Origin: Octopus vulgaris
Taxonomy: Eukaryota
Assembly: GCA_951406725.2 (NCBI GenBank)
Contig: OX597834.1
Span: 3,782,001 to 3,846,000 of the forward strand
Direction: 5' to 3'
Length of the DNA stretch: 64,000 nucleotides
A program made the position numbers and the translations under genes. The first letter of the stretch is position 1, and every line of letters starts with the position of its first letter. The notes below the pieces were generated by a model. That model made no database searches and was not told where the DNA came from. It saw only the letters and a program-made list of their open reading frames with translations. This document shows, piece after piece, positions 13,313 to 26,305 of this stretch.

Positions 13313-14411
13313 CAATATTCGCGGTTTTGCACTATTTGCGGGTGCTCTAGGAACGTAACACCCGCAAATACCGGGAGACTACTGTATTAGTTAGTTCAAG
13401 CGCATGCGGCAGAGCTCTATCAGGCAGGGGGCTGCGAGATGATGCGTGCGTGCATACAGCTCTTCGTTGCAAGTCACTTGCCCAGGGTGCCACAAAGTGA
13501 GATCTATGAGGTTGGGAAGGATGTAAGCTTTTCCATTCTTCCTGGGCGTCAAACTAATACACCTGCTTGATCTCTTACCTGTCTTGGTTTTTTTTTTTTT
13601 TGCTTTCTGAAAATTTGAACTATATATTACATACACCCACGTGGTTACACCAGTTTGATCCTCCCTAACTGAACTTCCTCCTCTCCTGGACTCTCATCTC
13701 TCTTACCTTCTCCTTGAACTTTCGGTACTTCTTCCCATCCATCCAACCATCACTCCGCCCGGACTACCATTGGATCTTTGTATTTTTCGGACTCTACCTC
13801 TATGCAGCTTATGGCCTCCACTCGCCACCAATATTGTAATATCTTTTCCTATACGGACCAGACACAAACACTCACTCACATACATACAAAGGCATATACT
13901 CACGCTTACACACACGTACATGTACATATAACAGACCACAAATACACAGAGATGCAGTCAGTCACACACAGTACACGACACACAAAGAACCTCACACAGT
14001 GAAACTACTTCTCCATACCACTCAAACACACACACCAGCAAGCACACAGACACACCACAGTCCACGCATTCACTTTCCTATAAAAAAAATTACCTCAATT
14101 AATCTACTCTTTACTTCGGCCAGTCAGCGGCTAAACGTGTAGACCACGTGCCTTCTCTCGCCAGAATAGTTTCTTTTTTAATTATTTCGCCCTTTCTTCT
14201 TCCTTCTTTTCCAGTTCTCTTGGTCCTCCCCACTTTTCCCTCTATCCCAAGCAGGACAATATCCGTAACTTATAGCCATTAACTTTTTTCATTTCCCTGA
14301 CTGTCAAGCTAATAGCGTTGCTTGAGAACGTATGCCGTCCTTTTTGTGGACTTTTTTGTCGTTGCTTTTTGTTCCTCGGTGTGTGCGTGCGTATATGTGA
14401 GTATATGTGCG

Positions 14412-14566
14412 TGTATGTATGTATGTATGTATGTATGTATGTATGTATGTATGTATGTATGTATGTATGTATGTATGTATGTATGGATGTATGCATGCAT
14501 GCATGCATGTATGTATGTATGTATGTATGTATGTATGTGTGAGAGTGTGTGTGTGTGCATATAAAC

Positions 14567-14634
<68 letters not shown>

Positions 14635-14638
14635 ATAT
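14412..14638. repeat. Compound (TATG)n/(TG)n/(TA)n microsatellite
   Basis: Seen directly. Confidence 0.95.
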
Positions 14639-14879
14639 AAAGATATTGATAGATGTAAGTATATGTACATGAGTATATGAATATATAAGTATATGTGTGT
14701 ATATATGTATAACAATATGTGTATATACAAGCACACGTATACAAACACATATACAACAATAAAGAATGCTTATTGATTAGTTTTGGAGTATGTAACTTTT
14801 ACTAAAAAGAATGTAATTACTAAAGTCTATACTATCTGGAAAATTCTTTAAAATTCTAATTTTAATACATATATGGTTA

Positions 14880-15283
14880 CTCTTTTACTTGTTTCAGTCA
14901 TTTGACTGCGGCCATGCTGGAGCACCGCCTTTAGTCAAGCAAATCGACCCCAGGACTTATTCTTTGGAAGCCCAGTACTTATTCTATCGGTCTCTTTTGC
15001 CGAACCACTAAGTTACGGGGACGTAAATACACCAGCATCGGTTGTCAAACGATGTTGCAGGGACAAACACAGACACACAAACATATACACACACATACAT
15101 ATGCAAATATATACATATATACGACGGGCTTCTTTCAGTTTCCGTGTACGAAATCCACTCACAAGGTTCGGTCGGCCCGAGGCTATAGTAGAAGACTCTT
15201 GCCCAAGATGCCACGCAGTGGGAATGAACCCGGGACCATGTGGTTTGTAAGCAAGCTACTTACCACACAGCCGCTCCTGCGCC
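14880..15283 (-). mobile_element. Full-length SINE family B (tRNA head, LINE-derived 3' tail)
   Basis: Head aggcgcaggagcggctgtgtggtaag; tail ggcggtgctccagcatggccgcagtcaaatgactgaaacaagtaaaagag. Confidence 0.85.
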
Positions 15284-15887
15284 TATGGTTGTCAGGATTC
15301 TTTTATTATTGAAAATTTCAACTAAAGATAACTGATTTTAATTCACTGCGAGACATCGTTCCCTTTTTGTCTTTTTAATCTCTGTGTGTCTGTCTCTCTG
15401 TCTCTTTATCTCTGTCCCTCCCCTCCTCTCTCTCTCTCTCACTCTTTTTCTCTCACTCTTTTTCTCTCTTACACTTAGGACTGTGACATGAAATTCCTTT
15501 GCTGAGAACACCATTCGTGTTATCGCAGTTCATACGATTAACGAGAATAAAAACTTATTATTTTCCATCTCTGTACAGTTGTAGTTGTATGCTTATGTAG
15601 GTTATTAATATTAAAATATACAAATATAAATATCGACGGAAGAGTAATGCAGAACAAATCAGTTATATAATCACGTGTTCAAACCTACAGCAAGTTTTTC
15701 AACATGATTTTTGTTTCCAGTACATATACACAGCACACGTGCATTCCATTTCCCTGCCAAGCAAAGTTACGAAATCTTCTGATATACAGATATACAATAA
15801 ATAGAGGACGTTTGTGTTGTTAAGTTAACAGAATACCTGATTTCTTCATAAATTCTAATGTCTTTGAGTACTTGCTATTATTATAAA

Positions 15888-16251
15888 CTAGCAGTATCGC
15901 CCGGGGTTGCTCGGGGTTTTTTTCGACCCTTTAGAATTGGAATTTTTGAAAAGTAAATATTTTGCATTATGTAGCTTGTTATTCTTTTTAAGTGAACATT
16001 TTTCTGGTTGAAATACACCGAAAAAATAGGGATTTTCATAGAAAAAAAAGCACCTTTTTGATGTAAATAATATTTGGTGTTTAACATGGTCCGATTTGAA
16101 TTTTTCCTTCTACGGAAGGAAGAGCAAGCCTTCTCCTATCATACTCTCAATTTTGGTCAACTTGCACCATAGGGTCTCGGAGGAGATAGTGTTAGTTGAA
16201 GGCTACCAAACCTGTCACACACAGACAACTTCAGCTTTATAAATAGAGAGA
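15888..16251 (-). mobile_element. Non-autonomous Helitron (364 bp)
   Basis: Minus strand begins A|TC (16252|16251) and ends with a GC hairpin (cccgagcaaccccggg) about 11 nt before CTAG|T (15888|15887). No TSD. Confidence 0.8.
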
Positions 16252-17173
16252 TTTATTGATTGTGTAACTGTTATTAACTGAATAAAGAATACAAAAAGAA
16301 AATTAACGATAGCATACCTGAAAAATCACACAATTTGGAGTAATATTATTTCGGTATATCCTGCTTGTATTTTGACTGGATTTAGCACAAGATGTTTACG
16401 GAAAACAATTCCTTATACATATGTGTATCAGTGTGTGTGTATATACACACACATACCTTTTTGTAAGCCAAGAAAAATTGTGAGAATTCACTTTAGACAC
16501 AGAGTCAAATTTTTACACGTAGGCTACCACTGGTTTCATGTAGAAAGCTAACCACAGATGTAGCATAACCACGGTATGGTGTGAATTGTTGGTCTGGCTG
16601 CATATTGTGTTACCTTATTTATTAAAGTTGTCTGTCTGTGTGTGTGTTGTGTGAACCACTTCTACAATTTTCAACCGAATTTTACCAAATTTGACATGTG
16701 TGCTCTCTTTGACGTCGGACGCTTTTTCTTACAATTTTTCCTCGAAATTCCGCGCCCCCAACATAAATAGACCACTCTCAATTCACCTAGGATTTGGCTT
16801 AAGCCAGCGATAAACGTGACACACACTCTGCTGGAAAAGTCAATACTTTGTCAGCTGTGGCGAGCTCTTATCGACTGCTCGCACAGAACTGCCAGCAGTA
16901 TTCATTTGCGAGTTACGATTTGCCCCTGTTTTCACGTGAGCGCTCTTTTTCATATAATTATCCCAACTTAAACTAGCCACTTCAGAACTCTTACCCAAAA
17001 TTAAAAATCCTTAATTCGGTCTGTTTGATTAACATTTTTGCCAACTACATTTTACTACTTTTGGGGTGCTACACATTCACCGATTTTCCCTTAGGACTTT
17101 TTCTATTGCGTAAACTGATAATATTCCACCATGCCTCCACACAAAAGATCCAATATAGCTCGACAAACAAATG

Positions 17174-17232
<59 letters not shown>

Positions 17233-17236
<4 letters not shown>

Positions 17237-17584
17237 TTAGAGATAAAACCACTATTAGGCAAATCAAACAGTGAAAAACATAAACCAAAACATAAAAATT
17301 AAAATAATTAATATAATATACAAAATATATAAAATATAAAATTAAAAAATTTAAAATTTTTTAATTTAAAATTAAAATTATTAATTTATATTTATAATTA
17401 TTTTTATAATTTTTTTTATTTAAATATATAAAACTATCGAAAAGTATTAAAAAGTTTAATATAAGATAAAAAGTTTGATTTGCCTAATAGTGGTTTTATC
17501 TCTAATTTAATTTATATTTATACTGTGAAATTAGATTTAATCCTAAATCTAATTTTTCCCTGTAAGTTTGGATTTACTCCCTAA

Positions 17585-17585
<1 letters not shown>
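17233..17585. repeat. Inverted repeat (~37-bp arms) around an AT-rich spacer, between (TA)n and (TTA)n
   Basis: taaattagagataaaaccactattaggcaaatcaaac (17233-17269) and its reverse complement at ~17473-17509. Confidence 0.8.
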
Positions 17586-17636
<51 letters not shown>

Positions 17637-17638
17637 TG

Positions 17639-17709
<71 letters not shown>

Positions 17710-17813
17710 GTTTGTATGTATACATAACTACTTATCTCTATGCATACACATATACATACATATGCGTGTCATGGAACCTTAACCTCCTTGCTGAGTTTAT
17801 AATATAAATCCCG

Positions 17814-17816
<3 letters not shown>

Positions 17817-17897
<81 letters not shown>
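17817..17897. repeat. (TG)n microsatellite
   Basis: Seen directly. Confidence 0.95.
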
Positions 17898-17901
<4 letters not shown>

Positions 17902-19136
17902 GATTATAGCAGCCGTTATTTTTCAACTGATTTTCTCCAAACTGGGAACATACATTACTTATGTACCAGGGATGGTTTTAGACTCCTAAAAGTTTTCATA
18001 TAATGAATAACGGGCCCCGGTGGGGGGGGGGGCAGAAAACACCCGTTCCTGGGTTACGTGGAGAAGAGAGCTAACTGATATACAGATAGACAATAAAGTA
18101 ACTTTCAGAAACTGATTGTCTCCCTTACATCCATTGGTCATAAAAAAATTTTTAAATATTACTTTTTATATTAGATTCACGTCTTTCAAAGTTTTTTAAA
18201 TATTTACTTCCGGTTTTCAGGCGCCAGTGACGTATAGACGTCTATCTATATCTCTCTAGCCATCTCTATCTATTTCTATCTCTCTATATCTCTCTATCTC
18301 TATATCATTCTATCTATCTCTCTATATTTCTTTATCTATCTCTGTCTCTATATCCATCTATCTATCTCTGTATCTATCTGTTTATACCTTCTCTATCTAT
18401 ATCTCTCTTATTTGTCTAACTAGCAATTTCTCTCTCCCCATCTCTCCATATCTCACTCACTCTCTATAGTTTTCACTTTCATTTTTCAGACGCTATTGTT
18501 TTCACTTTAAGTTCAATCGCTATTTTTCTCTCTCTAAGTTTTCAATCGCTATTTACAAACAACGACAAATTTCTGACAGAAAGATGCTCACAATTACTGA
18601 TGAAAGTAATTTCATACATAATTTACTGACAGAATTTTCACGCCTAAAAGTTCATAAATTAATGAATAAAAATACAGTACAGTACTGCACTGTATAATAC
18701 ATTAATTAAATAGAAAATACGTAGTGTACCGTCGATGAGTAAACAAAGAATCGTACATACTGTACGGAAAACAAAACTCGGGAGGCGAGTGTGTGTGGTG
18801 TTGTTTTGCATTTATAATAAAATATATACAAATTTAAAAAGTAATAAAAAATGTACAGTACAGTATTGTTTCAGGGGTTTTTGGAACGTAACAACCGCAA
18901 TAGTCGAGGGATTACTGCGTGTGTGTGTATTCATACACACACACACACATACACACACACACAAACACGACAGGAACAAAGACAGACAGATAGACAGATA
19001 GCTAGTTGTTAATGCTTATGCATTCGAACATTAATTGAAGTGTCATTCATTAACTTTCACATGGAAAAGTTTGACAGTGACTCCGAATTTCGGCTTAGTT
19101 GCCTTCGCCAGTTGGTAAAATGCCGTTGGTCCAAAT

Positions 19137-19536
19137 ATTCTTTTCAACTCTAGGCACAAGGCCCGAACTTTTGGGGGAGGAGGCCAGTCGATTAGATGGA
19201 CCCCAGTACGCAACTGGTACTTAATTTATCGATCCTGAAAGGATGAAAGGCAAAGTCGACCTCGTGGAATTTGAACTCAGAACGTAACGGCAGACGAAAT
19301 ACCTATTTGTTTACTACCCACAAGGGGCTAAACACAGAGAGGACAAGCAAGGACAGACATAGGTATTAAATCGATTATATCGATCCCAGTGCGCAATTGG
19401 TACTTTATTTATCGACCCCGAAAGGATGAAAGACAAAGTCGACCTCGGCGGAATTTGAACTCAGAACGTAACGGCAGATGAAATACGGCTACGCATTTCG
19501 CCCGGTGTGCTAATGTTTCTGCCAGCTCGCCGCCTT
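19137..19536 (-). mobile_element. SINE family A, dimeric (body duplicated)
   Basis: Minus-strand head ggcggcgagctggcagaaacattagc; the gagttcaaattcc...gtcgactttgcctttcatcctttc unit is present twice. Confidence 0.85.
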
Positions 19537-21099
19537 CGTTGGTTCAAATAGTGTCATGCTTACAACATTCTATGTAGTTCGAAGTCATTTATCTCGCAAC
19601 AGGCAAATTCATTAAGGTTTAGATAGAATGAATTTAACTTGAGACTCTGCTCTTTCTACCTTCTGTGTGTATGTGTTCGCGCGCGCGCTTCCATCAGTTC
19701 TCTTTTCTTAAATGTTTCCTTATTCTCCCACGAGATTCTTCGTTCTTCCTTTCTGCTTTTGGAATATTTGCTTCTGATGCATTTTCATTTGTCTTTATGA
19801 TGTTATTCTCAATGGAATTGGCATTTTGAAAATCCACTAAAATTTGTGATGTTACCAAGCAATTTTTTATATCAAGTGCAAATGAATTTCTCGTACCTGC
19901 GTCGGGGTTAAGTTTTCTCTAATCATAACACTTTTTTTTTATATATACTTCAGTTCTTATTTACTCTCAAATTCTGCCTGAATTTATTTGTCATCAGAAT
20001 TGCCAGTAAAATTGTCGGCTTCACAGTCCACAGCCTTATTTTGCCATTGATTTTTTCCCCGTTGATTAGAATGTGATCCAGTTATGCCCTAGTGTTATTT
20101 TGGTATTTTTAACGTCCACAGCTTGCCTTTTCTCTTTGAGTATTGTACACCTAAATCGATAATTACACATTCTATTTGAAATTTCGATTGACAAGCTAGT
20201 GAAAGGTTGTTCCCTTAACATTTTTGCATTTCTAGCACATCCAATAATTTTAACATTGTGTTTTAGGAACTGCTTTACTTAGGATCATTGAAAACTAAAC
20301 CATGTTTCCTTCATTTATAGAGCAATAGCATAAGATTGCAGTTTATAAAAAGCATGATACTTTCAACTTAATTCAAAGCTTTATAGGTCCTTGGACTTGG
20401 GAGTAATCTTGTACTTCTGATGGCTGAATTGTTTCCAGCTTATTATTACGAACTTTTGAGAAGCATCTTTCTTTTTCTCGTGTTTTTATGACGAACGGTA
20501 GCATTTTCATGGATGATCCGATGTTCTCGTTTGCAGATTACCTCATTGCATTGCTCTTCTGCCAAAGCAGTGATGTCGCCCAAATATCGATTTCAGGATC
20601 CGATTGAAAGTTGAAATATGTTTTTACACTTTAAAAACCTGAAGCCATTAATGTCTTGTTTCAGTTCGTTCGTGCTATTTATTGAAGAAAGCAACCCTTC
20701 ACAACGAATGGCACCGTCTTTGGGGAATGGTCGCTTAGGTTCTATTTGTTGTTTGACAATGAGAAATGTTAGCAAGTCTTGAAAGTCACCGCTGAGTTCA
20801 ACGAAAAGGTTGAATTCATGCTAATATAGATAGAGATAGAGTCTCTATAAGATAGAGTCGGTTATTGTTTACCTTCGATTAGCGAAAGATCGAACATAGC
20901 AGTTTGTCGACACTCGTCATTCATAGTTGCTCATTGAGAGAATATTGCTTGTTTTCTGAAGCATTTCAGATATTTCTTCATCCCGAAGAGAATCTTCAAG
21001 CTCTTGTTTATAGGTTTCATCTAGTTGGGGTTTTTTTCAAACTTCGGTTGGAATTGCATGATTTTGGCGGGATTGTTTCAATTGTTCCAAAGAGAAGAA

Positions 21100-22165
21100 A
21101 ACATTCTAAACGTTCGGGCACCATATGAACAATGCAATTCATCCAACGGATTCAAAACATTATCGATGATGATCCCGGAAAATCAATGAGGGCCGTCGCC
21201 AAAGAATTTCAGACGTTAAAGTGGACTATCAGAACTGTGGTGCGTGAAGACATTCGATACAAGTCGTATATATTGAGAAGCCAATGAGGAAACCGTTTGA
21301 TCCGTGACAAGCTGTTATCTAACAAAATTAAAACCCCCCACGAACATAGAATGCTTAGGTTCTTCTTTGATGAGAAAAAATTCGACCAAGGCAGGAGAAA
21401 TGACAGATGGTTACGTACAGATCCTATTGATGTCCCCCAAAGTGATGCACACTAAGTGTCCCACAGCTGTGATGGTTTTAAGAGTAGTGAATAACAAAGG
21501 GTATAGCTTTAAACTGCATCCAGTAGTGAGGCCCTAGTTAGGGAATTCCACAGTTTTGAGGAATCCGGAATCAACTCAGCCATGAGTTAATTAGCCAGCC
21601 GGTCGGGCAGATGGAACTCATCAACCTGAGGGTGAAACGATCCATCCGGGAGACAGAAAATTCTGATTCCAAATCTCCGCTGCATCACAGACATAGTCAT
21701 GGGAAAGGCTTCGGGAGTTAAGCCTAAAGGAAAATCGAGAATCGCATCCCCCGGAGCAGTTAGAAGTTGTCTTTAACTTTATTGCCATCGCTCCTGCGAC
21801 GGCGCTGTTGCCAAATTGTAACAGTTGTGTTGTTCCTTTGGATCCATCGGTGACCTGGTGAGTGGAAGAGACGCTGCGGAGTCCACGTAACCCAAGAATG
21901 GGTGTCAGACAATCTTTACGATCCTATAACAACAAACATGTGACCTCAAAGCTCGCCAGATTTAAATCCTATGGACTTCGTTTGGGGAGTTGTTGAAAAG
22001 GATGAGGGGTATAATTAACATCCTCACAAATCCATAGCCATCTTGAAAGCTGCCATTGTCCAGGTTAAGTCCGAAATGAATAAGGATTATTTAATGCAGG
22101 CATAACGATTCAGGTCCCGCGCCGCAGCAGTCAGAGAAGACGAAGGCGGATTCATAGAATAAGCG
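21100..22165 (+). pseudogene. Decayed Tc1/mariner transposase, maT (DD37D)-like, interrupted at ~21540-21890
   Basis: IIDDDPGKSMRAVAKEF...REDIRYKSY, FFDEKKFDQ and SSPDLNPMDF motifs in broken frames. Confidence 0.7.
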
Positions 22166-22309
22166 TATAAGAAAGCTTACTGAAATCACGTGCACAAATC
22201 TTTATTGGAATACAGTTGGTTTTTGCTAGATCAGAGTTCTCTTTTTATTATTAAATTACCAAATATATCCTTAAATACATACATGCTCACACACACACAC
22301 ACAGAAAAT

Positions 22310-22570
22310 AAGCTAGATGCCTTTTGAGATGTGGATCTTATGTTTATTGGTCAGAATAAGCTGGAAAGACAGAGTAACATCGCTGCAGTACTAGAAAAGC
22401 TAAAAACTAAAGAAACCTATTGTTAAGAACCAAGTCCACAAAGCTATCATATTTTGGACACACGAGGCATTCATTGTCCAAGACCATCCTGAGAGGAAGT
22501 GTGGAAGAGAAAAGAGCAAGAGACCCTCAAAGACGTTTGTCAGCATCAACGAAATGGACTCTGGATTCCA
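22310..22570 (+). mobile_element. RTE LINE C-terminal remnant
   Basis: FEMWIL...RISWKDRVT...KLSYFGH...ILRGSVE. Confidence 0.65.
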
Positions 22571-22681
22571 GAGCCTCGCTGATTGCACGCATGCGGCACA
22601 ATAGCAGCGACGAGTCTAAGCAAGCCGACCTCTGGACAGAGATGGAGCATCTGGCTGCTACCTCTGCTGCAGCAGATGCTA

Positions 22682-22718
<37 letters not shown>

Positions 22719-22734
22719 TGTGTGTGTGTGTATG

Positions 22735-23038
22735 TGACCACCACGTGACCGACCAGACCATCAGATGTAGTTACACATCGATGGTCACAATGCGCTCGCA
22801 TTGTTTTAGCCTTCGAATGACGCCACCCCGCTGGCTAAGCGAGCAGGCCAACAGAAGAAAGAGTGGGAGAAAGAGTGGTGAAAGAGTACAGCAGGGATCG
22901 CCACCACCCCCTGCCGGAGCATCGTGGAGCTTTAGGTGTTTTCGCTCAATAAACACTCACAACGCCCGGTCTGGGAATCGAAACTGCGATCCTACGACCG
23001 CGAGTCCGCTGCCCTAGCCACTGGGCCATTGCGCCTCC
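22735..23038 (-). mobile_element. tRNA-derived SINE family C
   Basis: Minus-strand head ggaggcgcaatggcccagtggctagggcagcggactc...gtttcgattccc with A/B boxes, followed by a non-tRNA body; flanked by microsatellites. Confidence 0.75.
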
Positions 23039-23900
23039 ATATGTATGTATGTACGTATGTAAGTATACAAGATTGTTCCAAGTACAAAAACGCATGGGGC
23101 ATATTCGGATCCGTAAGGAAACCATTCACATATTTTGTTATGGAGGAAATTTCTCGCTGCAGACAAACAGATATAAATACACCGAGTCACTTCACAGCCT
23201 TCCCTACCGAGACTTTTGGATGCATGCATTTTGGAATGGTTATCTTCTTTCCAGCAACAGAGATCTGCTCAGCTTGAGCAGCATTGCGGGGATTCCGCTA
23301 AATGGCTTTGTCTACTCATTTGTAAGTGAACTACAAGTTGATGCGGGTCTTTGCTGCAATTAGCGACAAGGTTAAGATGCTGGATTACTATCTAAATGTT
23401 GAAACCTTACTTCTACTTGTGTCCTAGCAAGATCCAATATTCTTCTTGATTTGGTGTGATTGATGAAAAGCAGATTTCATTTTTATTTCACAGCCGAGTG
23501 GTTTCCAGAAGGGAAGACAGTTCAACATAAACGTAAACAACAAATCAACTCATATTGAATGCATGTAAAAAACAATAACAACAACGTCAAAACAATGATT
23601 ATATGTATATAGCGGGGAAATCATATTTTGTTAGCTTCCAGGAACGAATTGAATTTTAGGGAATACCAGTTTATCACACTGGTTATATCGAGGTGTAATC
23701 AATAACAGAAACCATGGTCTCTTAGATTCGCAAATTACGATGGAAAAAAATCTGGATTATACAGAATTTTTTCGTTCTTTGTAACATATATATATGTGAA
23801 TGTATATTATAGAGAGAGATAAATATATATAGATATATGAATGTGTGTGTGTGTGTGTGTGTACACGCACACACAGAGGCATAGGTTTATATATATATGT

Positions 23901-23954
<54 letters not shown>

Positions 23955-24040
23955 GTAAATGTAATATGTGACAATTATTCGGTAGCCATGATAAAACTCC
24001 GAGTTTCGGAGTTATCAATATATATATATATATACAACAC

Positions 24041-24310
24041 TTGCTGCGTGGAAGGTGTTTATAAGCCATTTAAAAACACACAAATATCGTTAGATTCACT
24101 TCAACATTTAGATTTAATTTGTCAAAATATTTTCGTCGCTTTCAGACCGCGACCTGTTCACTGACAAAATGCAGCACGGAACTTTGTTAGTGAAGAGGTC
24201 GCGGTCTCAAAGCGACGAAAATATTTTGACAAATTAAATTTAAATGTTGAAGTGAATCTAACGGTTTTGGGGTGTTTTTAAATGGCTTATAAACACCTTC
24301 CACGCTGCAA
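24041..24310. repeat. Long inverted repeat (~128-bp arms, ~14-bp spacer) between (TA)n tracts, Penelope inverted-terminus-like
   Basis: ttgctgcgtggaaggtgtttataagccattt...cactgacaaa / tttgttagtg...aaatggcttataaacaccttccacgctgcaa. Confidence 0.85.
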
Positions 24311-24375
24311 TTGTGTTTGTTTCAGCACACGATCTCAGATCAGGTCACTTGCTATGCAAGTACATCACCGTAATT

Positions 24376-24412
<37 letters not shown>

Positions 24413-24451
24413 ATAAACGCACACACACAGGCATAGGTTTATATATATATG

Positions 24452-24487
<36 letters not shown>

Positions 24488-24536
24488 CGGGAAGCTTTAT
24501 GAAAATAGACAAAAGACGAAGGCAGGTGGAAAACAA

Positions 24537-24579
<43 letters not shown>

Positions 24580-24612
24580 GATTTATATATCTATATATAC
24601 ATACCTAGTCAT

Positions 24613-24846
24613 CATGCATACATACATACATACGTACATACATACATACATGCATGCATGCATGCATGCATACATACATACATACATACATACATACATA
24701 CATACATACATACATACATACATACATGCATGCATACATAGATACATACGTACATACATACATACATACATACATACACATACATACATACATATATACA
24801 TACATACATACATACATACATACATGCATGCATGCATACATTCATA
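24613..24846. repeat. (CATA)n microsatellite
   Basis: Seen directly. Confidence 0.95.
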
Positions 24847-25726
24847 CCTTTTCTTTAAAAGTGAAAGTGAAAGTAAACTCCTTAGTCAACAGTTGGAGTA
24901 AGGTGTAAAGTGATTAGGAATCGTTCAATGATATCTTTGTTACTCCGATTTCCACACGGCATGCATTCGAGCAGACATTTCTCAATAAGTTTATCAAGAC
25001 TACCTGAATAGTTCGCACGAGTGGGGCGAAACTCCGAGTAGCAATGATCCAACTGGTTTCACATATTTACGTTTATCCAACTGTTTTCACATATACATAT
25101 ACACACATACAGAAAAAAACATACACGCATATACACAGATGCACGCGCGCGCGCACACACACACACATGTAAAGTCTATGTGTGTAGGTGCGCGTGTGTG
25201 TGCGAGTAGTGCATGCGCGAATGCACGCACGTCTGTCTAAATCTAATGCATAGAAAAGCAAGCCGTAATAAATCAACCTTGATTTTATTTCACAGGTTGA
25301 GGAAGGTAATTATTTGAAGAAAAAGTAGAAATTTGTGAATGAAAACGAAAGAGAAAGTAACAATCGTCGTTTTTCTCACATTTTCTCTCTTATACATAAA
25401 CACACGCATACATAAAACAACAGCTTTTCGTCTAATCCTAGTGTTATAAAGCATTTTTTTACACACAGATTGCAAAATACAAACACACACACACACACTC
25501 ACGTAACAAGATATGCGCATATCTAATGACAAAAATTTAAATTTTGTGTTTTTACGTCCGTATAAATACACACGCTTGTGTGCACGCGCGTGTGTAGGTA
25601 TATAAGTATGAATATGTTGGTGTGTGTGTGTGCGTTTTGAAAGAGTTTTATTCCCCACTTTCTCTTACTCTCTCTTTCTCACCCCTCATATGTATATATA
25701 AAAATATAAACATAAAGGTATACATA

Positions 25727-25761
<35 letters not shown>

Positions 25762-25937
25762 GTTCATCTCAAGCAAGAGAAAACAAATTTGGTTGATGGT
25801 TGAAGAGAAACGAAGGAAAAGAGGAAGGAGACAAGGTAGATGGAGAGGGTGAGAAAGGAAAGAATGAATGAAAGGAAAACAACGGAAACGGTTAGGAAAG
25901 AATTTTAAGGGGGAAAGTAAACAGAAAAAGGGGACAC

Positions 25938-26305
25938 GGAAAAAAAAGGAGGAGGAGGAAGAAGAGGAGGAGGAGGAGGAAGAAGAAGAAGAAGAAGAAG
26001 GAGGAGGAGGAGGAGGAGAAGAAGGGGAAGGAGAAGAAGGAGAAGGAGAAGAAGAAGAAGAAGAAGAAGAAAGAGAAGAAGAAGAAAGAGAAGAAGAAGA
26101 AGAAGAAGAAGAAGAAAGAGAAGGAGAAGAAGGGGAAGGAGAAGAAGGAGGAGGAGGAGGAAGAGGAAGGAGAAGTAGAAGAAGAAGAAGAAGAAGAAGA
26201 AGAAGAAGAAGAAGAAGAAGAAGAAGAAGAAGAAGAAGAAGAAGAAGAAGAAGAAGAAGAAGAAAAAGAAAAAAAAGAAGAAGAAAAAGAAAAAGAAGAA
26301 AGAAG
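25938..26305. repeat. Polypurine (GAA)n/(GGA)n tract
   Basis: About 370 bp of almost pure purine; source of the poly-E/R/L/S ORF artefacts. Confidence 0.95.
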
